64,000 nt of DNA. Source: an uncultured bacterium (lineage in GTDB: Bacteria; Babelota; Babeliae; Babelales; Babelaceae). The DNA lies in NCBI GenBank assembly GCA_963717435.1, contig OY970332.1, positions 896,001 to 960,000 of the forward strand, given 5' to 3'. Below the pieces are notes generated by a model. It had not been told where the DNA came from. It saw only the letters and a program-made list of their open reading frames with translations, and made no database searches. The translations under genes and the position numbers were made by a program. How positions within the stretch are numbered: the first letter of the stretch is position 1; each line of letters begins with the position of its first letter. Below, piece by piece: positions 41,965-50,256 of the stretch.

Positions 41965-43803
41965 TCAGCAAATTTCAAGTAGCTCTTTTACAATCTGCTC
42001 AGTTGGCATATCGTAAAATTCACCCATATATTTTTTAAGAACTTTTCCAGATTTCGGGTCGACAACAAGCAGCGTCGGGAATCCGGTAATATTATATTCT
42101 TTGTTCAAACTAGCATACGGCTCAGAACCAGAATTAGTGCCGTCAACTTTTAACAAAATAAAATTATCGTTAAGCGCTTGTTTAATTTCAGGTCTTACCA
42201 AGACTGTATTTTCAATAGCTTTACAGATAGAGCACCATTTTGCCCCGAAATCTATAAATAGATTTTTCGCTTCAGTTTCTGCTTTTTGTCTTGCATAACT
42301 ATAATCAGTGATCCATGTAATATCAGCAATATTTTCTTGCATAAAAGTGGTTTTATAACTTTGCATGAATACAATAAAGCTGCTTGCAATTAACAACATT
42401 CCGATTAAACTTTTTACTCGTTTTGTGCTTTTAGACTCATGGGTTTTAATATTATAAATATAATAAACTCCGCTTGCCAAAATAAAGCTTGCAAGAATCC
42501 AGATCAAAACCCACCAAGGGATTATTGCTTGCAAATAATAAAAGCACATGCCGATTAGCAAAAATCCGAATATCTTTTTAACTTCAACCATCCACATCCC
42601 AGCTTGCGGCAGCAAGTTAATCGATGTTGAAAAAGTTGCGATAATTAATAATGGGAAACTTGAGCCAACACCAAATGCAAACAACATCATAAAGCCAAGA
42701 AATTTATTGGCCATTGTTGCAACTATGCTCAAAATTAAAGCTAATCCAGGTGACAAGCAGGGTGATGCGATTGTGCCGCTTGCTGCACCAAAAACAAAAG
42801 CAGATAAATATGAACCATGCTTAAATCTGTGATCTTTGGGTTGCAAAAATCTTGGGATATACATCTCGTAAAACCCGAACATAGAAAATGCTAAATATCC
42901 CAAAAATAAAACAAGCGCGATCACAAATATTGGGTTGCCCAAAATCTGACCAAACGCCATCGAACCAAACGAAGCTAAAAGCCCAAATGCAGCAAACGTT
43001 AAGCCAATACCAAGCGTGTAGCAAACAGCAGCAATAACATTTGACACAAAAGATTTTGTTGCACTTTGTTGTAATATTCCAATAGTAACAGGGATCATAG
43101 GATAGATGCACGGCGTTAAGCTCATCATTAAGCCGAGCATAAATGCCAAGAAGATTTTGAACCATATTGATTCACTGTGTTGTAAATTTCCCCAGACATA
43201 ATCTTTAATTTTTTCAAACTGCTCCGCCAAAAAGTTTATAATTTTCTTTACTGTTAAAGTTATTAATGACCACGGGCCGCTCGGCGCAGGCGTATGCTTG
43301 GTTTTGCATCTTTCTGCCATAATCGCATTTTGAGCTTCGGTTTCACTTGAGCTTAGTTCGTTATCTGAACCAATAATTTCTTGCGGTTTTTCTTTTTCTT
43401 TAAATTTTACGTGAATAATTTTCTCTTGCCAGCTCTTTTTTCCGCTTACAAGATATGTCAAAAATACGTCGGCGTTTTCGGCTTCACTTTCCGGATTTCT
43501 TGTTACTGTCAGTTTTACTTTTGTGTTTTTGTTATAAACAATTTTGCTGTCTTTAAACTGTTGATCATCAAAAGACTTTACTGCAACCTGTTCTGTCTGC
43601 CAATCAGAAATCTTAAAGTCCGGTGAGTCCACAGAAAAGCTTATCGAATCTTTATAAAGCTGATTTTTTTTACTTAATTTGAAATCAACTGTTAAAAGCT
43701 GACTGTTTTCATCAATCTCTTTTAACTGGTAACTGACATGAGAATATAACCCCAAAGTTATATTTAGTAATAAAATAAATATTGACCTAAAAAACGCTGA
43801 CAT
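41965..43803 (-). CDS. dsbD: Thiol:disulfide interchange protein DsbD
   Basis: LTPCIYPMIP and ASPC membrane cysteines, LPQAGMWM, C-terminal thioredoxin WCSIC...GFPT. Confidence 0.92.
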   Translation of the reverse strand: MSAFFRSIFILLLNITLGLYSHVSYQLKEIDENSQLLTVDFKLSKKNQLYKDSISFSVDSPDFKISDWQTEQVAVKSFDDQQFKDSKIVYNKNTKVKLTVTRNPESEAENADVFLTYLVSGKKSWQEKIIHVKFKEKEKPQEIIGSDNELSSSETEAQNAIMAERCKTKHTPAPSGPWSLITLTVKKIINFLAEQFEKIKDYVWGNLQHSESIWFKIFLAFMLGLMMSLTPCIYPMIPVTIGILQQSATKSFVSNVIAAVCYTLGIGLTFAAFGLLASFGSMAFGQILGNPIFVIALVLFLGYLAFSMFGFYEMYIPRFLQPKDHRFKHGSYLSAFVFGAASGTIASPCLSPGLALILSIVATMANKFLGFMMLFAFGVGSSFPLLIIATFSTSINLLPQAGMWMVEVKKIFGFLLIGMCFYYLQAIIPWWVLIWILASFILASGVYYIYNIKTHESKSTKRVKSLIGMLLIASSFIVFMQSYKTTFMQENIADITWITDYSYARQKAETEAKNLFIDFGAKWCSICKAIENTVLVRPEIKQALNDNFILLKVDGTNSGSEPYASLNKEYNITGFPTLLVVDPKSGKVLKKYMGEFYDMPTEQIVKELLEIC

Positions 43804-43853
43804 TTTTTCTCCCAAAAGTTTAAATTTAAAAAATTTATATTTTTAGTATACAC

Positions 43854-43890
43854 GAAATTCTGCCTTCGAATAAATTTGCAAAAAAATAAG
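43854..43890 (+). repeat. Left direct repeat (attL-like)
   Basis: 37 bp; identical to 50209-50243 apart from two single-base indels. Confidence 0.85.
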
Positions 43891-44121
43891 GGCCAGAATT
43901 TTCCGGCCCTTAAAAAACTATTTTTTAATTTTTTATTTCGTATCTAAATTCACATGGCCGTTCTTAAAAGTCCGCCCCCGCATCCTGCCCATGTGCCGGG
44001 TAGCCCCAAAAACAGGTTAAAATACCCACCCCATGCCCCCCCGGGGCGGTTGCAATATATGACAAATTGTATAATATTTAATATATTATAATGCAATATA
44101 ATTCAAATAATGGAGTATTTT

Positions 44122-44706
44122 ATGAAAAAATTGTTACTTTTTGCCCCTTTGATGCTATTAGCAGGCTGTGCCGGCTATAAATCACGCCCTTTAAAGACTT
44201 TGCATCCCGAACCTTTAAAAACGCATAAAGATATCCATTTTGCTGCTAAAGCGTACGATAGAATGGATTCAGAAACTTATCTTGGTAGAGATACTATTAA
44301 GGCAGGGTATAGACCTATACAAATAGCCATCAAAAACAAATCTTATCGAACTCTTAATTTTTCATTAAACACAATTAATATGCCAATAGTTCCTGTAGAT
44401 GTTGTTGCTAGAAGTGTTTATCAATCAGTTGAAGCACGGGCCTTGGGGTATGGAATTCCTGCCTTATTTGTTTTTACTATTCCACTTTTAATTCCTGCTG
44501 TTACCGATTCAATCTGGGCATATCAAGCAAATGAGCAATTATTATCTGACTACACTGATAAATCAATTTTTACTTCAATACTTAAACCTGATTCGTTTAC
44601 GCAGGGACTTATTTTTGTTGCAAATTCCAATTATGAAAATCAGTTAAGTTTTACACTGATCGATAGAGATACTCAGGAAAAAATAGTTTGTAAAACTGAT
44701 TTATAA
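44122..44706 (+). CDS. Lipoprotein of unknown function
   Basis: GGAG RBS, MKKLLLFAPLMLLAGC lipobox, internal hydrophobic segment. Confidence 0.8.
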   Translation: MKKLLLFAPLMLLAGCAGYKSRPLKTLHPEPLKTHKDIHFAAKAYDRMDSETYLGRDTIKAGYRPIQIAIKNKSYRTLNFSLNTINMPIVPVDVVARSVYQSVEARALGYGIPALFVFTIPLLIPAVTDSIWAYQANEQLLSDYTDKSIFTSILKPDSFTQGLIFVANSNYENQLSFTLIDRDTQEKIVCKTDL

Positions 44707-44737
44707 ATATAAAACATAATAAATAATTGGGGTTAAT

Positions 44738-45205
44738 ATGAAAAATAAATACTTTGTTTATATACTTCTTTTTATCTCTTTATTGGGATTGTCTGGATGT
44801 GGGATTCGCCAAAAGAGCTGGCTATCCAATCTTTCTTCTGGAATGAACAAGAAGCAAGTTAAATCCAAAATGGGCCAGCCTGATTTCGTTCATACTCCTA
44901 CCACAAATATTAAAGGCGAAACTATTGATATTTGGGAATATGAACTTGCTACAACTGATGAAAATCAATGGAGTAAGCAGTTTGCCGCCTCTTTTTCTCT
45001 TACCTTAATGTCTTTAACCCTTGGTTTTATTCCAGGATTTCCGCGTGAGCTTTATGCGTTAACTATACCTATATCATATGCCCCACTTATTTTTATGGAT
45101 TCCCCTTATGACTACAATACTTATTTCCTTAAGTTTGTTAACGACTTTCTTTCTAAATGGGGAAGTGCTTCTGATGTTGGATTAGATAAGAAATTTATAT
45201 CTTAA
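44738..45205 (+). CDS. SmpA/OmlA(BamE)-like lipoprotein with a hydrophobic insertion
   Basis: LSGC lipobox; LSSGMNKKQVKSKMGQP...IWEY...LKFVNDFLSKWG. Confidence 0.65.
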   Translation: MKNKYFVYILLFISLLGLSGCGIRQKSWLSNLSSGMNKKQVKSKMGQPDFVHTPTTNIKGETIDIWEYELATTDENQWSKQFAASFSLTLMSLTLGFIPGFPRELYALTIPISYAPLIFMDSPYDYNTYFLKFVNDFLSKWGSASDVGLDKKFIS

Positions 45206-45217
45206 TTTGGGGGTGCT

Positions 45218-46726
45218 ATGTTTTCTAATAAATTTATTTTTAATCATCTAGTAGTTTATTTATGTCTTTTGGTCAGCCCAAGCATCATTGCAGATGGTTC
45301 AACTCGTTCTACGTCTGCGTATATTTCTAAGTGGACGCAACCATCTCATGGAGGGTTTGTTACAATTCGCAAAAAGCAACCCTTATCTATTTACGCAGCT
45401 ATATCATTTAATAACAATCCAGATAATGAATTGATTGAAAAATATCTTTTGTTTTTAAGGCCAAAAATGGCAAATCTTGGAATTAAAATTGATAAAACAC
45501 CACATAACCCATTTAGCTTTGTCATAAAAAATGGCAAAATTTCTAAATCCGACATAATCACAATTATTTATGAAGCTAACCACCACTTTGACCCAAATTT
45601 TAAAACTCCAGCAGAGCTGGCAGCTCAAAATGCTAAAGAAAGAGCTGAAAGAGATGTGCTTCAGGAACAACTTAGGGAAGCTGAGATAAAGCGTAAAGCT
45701 GAAGAGCTAAGATTGAGACTTGAAAATGAGGCGAGATTAAGAAAGTTAGCGATTGAAGCTGAAGAAGCACTAATGAAAAGGATGGCGCAGGAGGAAAGAG
45801 AAAGAGTACAAAAACTTCAAATTGAGTATAAAGAATGGGAAAAAATTAATAACAGCAAAATTGGAAAATATCATGTTAGAGCTCTTCCTATAGATATGTA
45901 TACATCTACAAATAAGCCTTTAAGTGAAAATGGCCAGATATGCGGTGAACTAATTTATCATGATAAGAGCTATAATTATGAAAAGGCAGTAATTTGGGAT
46001 CCTATTCACGGATTAAAAATATTTGCAAAAGAACAAAGTACTGCTGGTGGAATAAATGACTTTGGTTTTGTAGCGGTTAACTTAAAAGCAGATTATCATC
46101 GTAACCAAATAATTCTTTGGGACACAAAGTCAGATAAATTAATATTTGGTCCATTCGGCCAGTCAATTTCATTTAACAATAAAAACCAAATTTTATTTGA
46201 AAATGATAAAATTTGGAATTCCAGCAACAATACCATTAATTCACTTAACACTCGCTCAAAGTATATAGATGATAATGGAAGCGCTCTTTTATCAAGTCAT
46301 TCGATGAATTATATAGATATCAACAAGAAAGGTGCTGCCATAAATTTTTCTTCTATGGGTTTATATATTAATACAGGAAATTATATGGCCCCATTAGTAA
46401 TCCCAGAAGGTGGGGTTGTTTTCGAAGCAAAAATTAATAATAACAACGAAGTTGCAACAATATACAAGAACAGATTGATTATTTGGGATAACAAACAAAA
46501 GATAACAGCCCATGATTCTTTAGAGGATATCATAAAATGGGTCGAAGGCTATGAATTGAGAAATGGGCTTAAGGGATCTGAATATTTTAGTAAGCTTGAA
46601 GATTGGAAGGCTCATAATTTAAATTTTGAAGTTCTAGCTTTCAATTGCGCAAGGCAAATTCTAATTAGGCTCAAAATAACTTCATTTAAAAATAAGCAAT
46701 TCCTATTTTTATTGTCCCCAAAATAA
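45218..46726 (+). CDS. Secreted protein with a coiled coil and HAF-like extracellular beta repeats
   Basis: Signal peptide; E/R/K-rich coil; repeated GINDFGFVA / SFNNKNQIL / DINKKG / KINNNNEVA / AFNCARQIL units. Confidence 0.6.
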   Translation: MFSNKFIFNHLVVYLCLLVSPSIIADGSTRSTSAYISKWTQPSHGGFVTIRKKQPLSIYAAISFNNNPDNELIEKYLLFLRPKMANLGIKIDKTPHNPFSFVIKNGKISKSDIITIIYEANHHFDPNFKTPAELAAQNAKERAERDVLQEQLREAEIKRKAEELRLRLENEARLRKLAIEAEEALMKRMAQEERERVQKLQIEYKEWEKINNSKIGKYHVRALPIDMYTSTNKPLSENGQICGELIYHDKSYNYEKAVIWDPIHGLKIFAKEQSTAGGINDFGFVAVNLKADYHRNQIILWDTKSDKLIFGPFGQSISFNNKNQILFENDKIWNSSNNTINSLNTRSKYIDDNGSALLSSHSMNYIDINKKGAAINFSSMGLYINTGNYMAPLVIPEGGVVFEAKINNNNEVATIYKNRLIIWDNKQKITAHDSLEDIIKWVEGYELRNGLKGSEYFSKLEDWKAHNLNFEVLAFNCARQILIRLKITSFKNKQFLFLLSPK

Positions 46727-46930
46727 TTTTGATTGTGAATGGTTAGAAAAAATCTAACTATTCATCCTCTTTATTTGCTGTTAATACCACCATGTCTGTC
46801 GGTGGTATTTTACTTTTTGTATATTTTCTTAGGGTCAAAAAATAGTTTGTTAAGATGTTATAATTCATGGGAATTTATCTTATAATATATAGGCTCCTAG
46901 TTGAGACTTATATTATATACGAGGTTTTTT

Positions 46931-47827
46931 ATGAATGTTTTTATTGATGAATCAGGCAAGTTTCGCGCGCCAGAAAATATTTCCAGCCAACCTAATTACG
47001 AATGTATTATTGCAATTATATTGAGTAATGATGCCCTAATAAAATTTGAAGAAAAATTTGGAGAAAAAAGTAAGCTTTGTTTGCGTCTTAATGCAAGGGA
47101 CGTTATTAAGTTTATCGAGGAAAACGGTTGTAGAGCATTTGCTGTTATATACGATTCCAATCTATCTTCAAAAAACACTATTGAAGAACATAAAAAAGAC
47201 TATATAAGATCTATATATAAATCATCTGCAAATCATCCATTTTTTTTACAAGAAACTGTTAAACATCATGCTGAAAAATTATCTAAATTTAGCCCAAATG
47301 AATATATTAAAGCTTTATTATCGATTAAATTATTAGAAAATGTGTTGAGAGCTGTCATAGGAAACTCTACAGAGTTTTTGAAATATGATCTAAAGAAATT
47401 CGAATTTGTGTGCGATTCAGGAAATTGCAATATCGAATCAACGATCAAGTATTTCAGTTTGTTTTCTATGTTTTGTAATTCTGCAAATAACCCTATTTGC
47501 TTTGATAATAGGGAAAATATTCAGCATTTGATAGATCCATCAGGCAAGTATCTTGACGCCAGGTTGATTTTTGAAAATATTAATTTTGTTTCATCAGGGG
47601 ATGTCGCAGGTGTTAGGGCAGTAGATGTTGTTTCTAACCAGCTGTTCAGAATTTTGCATGAAGAATCAGTTGATTATGATATAGAAAGATGGAAAAATAT
47701 ATTTTCCAATCCTTATAGTTTTGATTTTTTATCTTTTGATAAAGATCAGGAATTTATAGATAGCGAAATCGGAGAAAAGGCGTTTGTTTTCCCTAAATTA
47801 TTAGGCAAAATTAATAACCTTGTATAA
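46931..47827 (+). CDS. DUF3800-like (RNase H-fold) protein
   Basis: N-terminal VFIDESG, central FVCD, C-terminal F.SS...GVRAVDVVSN (variant of QxADxxA); GAGG before ATG 46931. Confidence 0.65.
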   Translation: MNVFIDESGKFRAPENISSQPNYECIIAIILSNDALIKFEEKFGEKSKLCLRLNARDVIKFIEENGCRAFAVIYDSNLSSKNTIEEHKKDYIRSIYKSSANHPFFLQETVKHHAEKLSKFSPNEYIKALLSIKLLENVLRAVIGNSTEFLKYDLKKFEFVCDSGNCNIESTIKYFSLFSMFCNSANNPICFDNRENIQHLIDPSGKYLDARLIFENINFVSSGDVAGVRAVDVVSNQLFRILHEESVDYDIERWKNIFSNPYSFDFLSFDKDQEFIDSEIGEKAFVFPKLLGKINNLV

Positions 47828-47928
47828 ATTTTATAGACCCATCTTTTGTCCCGTTTCTTCAAATCATATTTAATTTTACATTACTCTTGTTTGTAATATA
47901 ATAACCCAGATTAATTTAGGGATGAATC

Positions 47929-49827
47929 ATGGGAAAATTATTAATTACAACAATTGGCTCGGGCTTGTTTTTTCTTGGTTTATTTGGGCATGATAGCAAT
48001 AATGTAAATGCTAGATTTACCAATGAGTTTGCGCATCCTAAAATTTTAAAGTTTGAAAATAATCACCATCTTTATGATTTCAATAAAGAATTAAAAAAAG
48101 AGGGTTTATATTACCCTAAAAATAATATTACTTATAATAATCCTGCATTAAATGTTTTTTATAATCCTAGTGATTGCTGGAATTGGCAAGAAAATGATTA
48201 TTGGAACGCTTTGCTGATATTATTTGGTAAAGAATATTCAATAGGTCAGAGAGCAAATTTGCCTCAAGAATATAAGATTTTTTGTACAACAGCCACCCAT
48301 AATTATTATATTCATGATAATGATCGACAGTCTTTATTTAACCAACCAGAATTATACAATTTCCCAGCTTTCTGGGATTTTATTAAAAAATTTCCCGATT
48401 ACCCATCTTGCATTTATAAAGTTAAAGAACTAGTTGATTTTAATCCTAAAATCAAAAATAGATTTTCTAATAAAGCTTTAGACGAAATTAACAGAGAATA
48501 TTCGAGAATAAAAGGCTTTGAAGAACAGCACCAACAGTTAATAAATAATGCGAAAAACAGAGAAGTTTTTCAGCGGCGAGTAGATTCCGTTTTTCAGAGT
48601 CAGTTTGATGATTGCGTAAAAAAAGAAGAAGAGTACAAAGAGCTTAATAGTTTGTATCGGGAATATAATCTTGGAGATTGTGCAAGAATCCAAAGACGCA
48701 TAGATGCAATAGATAATATTAAAGAAACTGGATCAAAATATATTGATAAAAGCTATAATCTGGCCCCTAATCTTCTTGGCTATTTAAGCAATAATAATAT
48801 TAATTCTGAAAAATATGGCACATGTTATGGTAATCAACTTCAACACGTTATTCACCAAGAATGTGTTGATATTCTTAATAATAGCTTTTCTTTGAGCCCA
48901 CAATCTTATGCATTTGGTTATAAGAGCCCAATAATTACATTCGCTGATGCTGCTTGTGATTATAACAAAATGGGATTAACCTCTAGGGCCATGGATATAA
49001 CAGATGCCTGTTGGGCTTTTTTTGATTATGGCAAAGCCATTTTTGAGGGCGTTTCTGAGGGTCTAATTAGCGCCGCGAAAGATTTGATTGACCACCCGAT
49101 TCAAGCCGGGTTATGTGTTGTTGCGGGAGAATATGTTTTTGCTTATCAGTTATCAAAATTAATTTATAATGTTGCCGAAATTGGTATTACGTCTTTAGTA
49201 GACAAACGGGCTGGCGCCCAAAAATGGCAAGAATATGTCGCGCCACTTTCGCAACTGATCGATGCGGTGCAAAATAAGCAAATAAGCTTGCGGCATGGAA
49301 TCAAGGGCGTAACGCGTACCGTTGTTGAGTGGAAGACGCAAGACAAGCTTCTTGGTGGATTGAGTGGGTTCCTTAGGACCACAAAAAAGAAGGCGATAGA
49401 TTTCTTCAAAGATAATCCACTTGCAACACCTGAACAGTATGTGACGACCCCTGATGGAATGTTATTTAGGTCGACTGACAAGCTCAATTCTAAAAGGAAC
49501 TCAAGTCTTGATAAAATTACGGAAAAGGTATCTAAGAAAAGTCTTCTTAAGAAGCATCAGCTACCCATTAAGGGAAGAATTCGCTATGTTCCACCTAAAG
49601 ATTTACATGCCAATAAGGGATTGCCATGTAAAAGATTAGACAATAACGGAATTGGCTTCGTTGATCGTTTTGATAATGTTTGGGTAAAGGGTGTTAGTCG
49701 AACCAAGGGTCAGGCTTTCGAGTGGGATGTTCAGCTTTCAAATCAGGGCAGGCAGAAACTTGGATGGATGAGTCGTGATGGCGAACATATTAATGTAAGT
49801 TTAGACGGAAGGATAACTCATAAATGA
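47929..49827 (+). CDS. Polymorphic toxin with a signal peptide and a C-terminal Ntox17-like (predicted RNase) domain
   Basis: C-terminus LPIKGRIRYVPP...GFVDRFDNVWVKG.SRTKGQAFEWDVQLS...DGEHINVSLDGRITHK, with the ExD and His of Ntox17. Confidence 0.8.
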   Translation: MGKLLITTIGSGLFFLGLFGHDSNNVNARFTNEFAHPKILKFENNHHLYDFNKELKKEGLYYPKNNITYNNPALNVFYNPSDCWNWQENDYWNALLILFGKEYSIGQRANLPQEYKIFCTTATHNYYIHDNDRQSLFNQPELYNFPAFWDFIKKFPDYPSCIYKVKELVDFNPKIKNRFSNKALDEINREYSRIKGFEEQHQQLINNAKNREVFQRRVDSVFQSQFDDCVKKEEEYKELNSLYREYNLGDCARIQRRIDAIDNIKETGSKYIDKSYNLAPNLLGYLSNNNINSEKYGTCYGNQLQHVIHQECVDILNNSFSLSPQSYAFGYKSPIITFADAACDYNKMGLTSRAMDITDACWAFFDYGKAIFEGVSEGLISAAKDLIDHPIQAGLCVVAGEYVFAYQLSKLIYNVAEIGITSLVDKRAGAQKWQEYVAPLSQLIDAVQNKQISLRHGIKGVTRTVVEWKTQDKLLGGLSGFLRTTKKKAIDFFKDNPLATPEQYVTTPDGMLFRSTDKLNSKRNSSLDKITEKVSKKSLLKKHQLPIKGRIRYVPPKDLHANKGLPCKRLDNNGIGFVDRFDNVWVKGVSRTKGQAFEWDVQLSNQGRQKLGWMSRDGEHINVSLDGRITHK

Positions 49828-50210
49828 ATCTCCCAGCTTGTTTTTTAATTGAATGCATTATTACAGATGGCAAAAATATTTCTAATGAATTATTTGAACA
49901 ATTAAAAGAACTTATCGAAAAGCGTTTTGACAAATCAGATGTAAAAATAACATCGTTGAATAAGTATTGGAAATATCCCGATACTAAGCAGATTATTTTT
50001 GAGGTAAGAGCAAAAAATTTTATATCTGTAGAAGAGTTTACTAAATTATTTAATATAACGTGGAAGCATTCTAAATTGCCCGTAAGCAATTATGACACAA
50101 AGAAAACAGTGGACCAAGAAAGTGCTGTGTGGAATAGAAATATGTATCCTGAAGAAACATTTTTGAACAGCGATGTAGAATGGGTCCATGTTTATTCATG
50201 GCTAGATTGA
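49824..50210 (+). CDS. Putative cognate immunity protein
   Basis: 128 aa, ATGA overlap with the toxin stop codon, no signal peptide. Confidence 0.7.
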   Translation: MNLPACFLIECIITDGKNISNELFEQLKELIEKRFDKSDVKITSLNKYWKYPDTKQIIFEVRAKNFISVEEFTKLFNITWKHSKLPVSNYDTKKTVDQESAVWNRNMYPEETFLNSDVEWVHVYSWLD

Positions 50211-50243
50211 AATTCTGCCTCGAATAAATTTGAAAAAAATAAG
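50209..50243 (+). repeat. Right direct repeat (attR-like), overlapping the immunity-gene stop codon
   Basis: 35-bp copy of 43854-43890. Confidence 0.85.
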
Positions 50244-50256
50244 TGGGTACAAATTT

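Larger units (their letters stand above)
43854..50243. mobile_element. Direct-repeat-bounded genomic islet (toxin/immunity, DUF3800-like gene, lipoproteins); no integrase inside
   Basis: GAAATTCTGCCT(T)CGAATAAATTTG(C)AAAAAAATAAG at 43854-43890 and 50209-50243; six co-oriented accessory genes between them. Confidence 0.7.

Noticed and set aside
43891-50208. Integron cassette array
   Set aside because: No intI and no repeated attC sites; the GTTAGA...TCTAAC hairpin near 46740 has the wrong order and size for attC.
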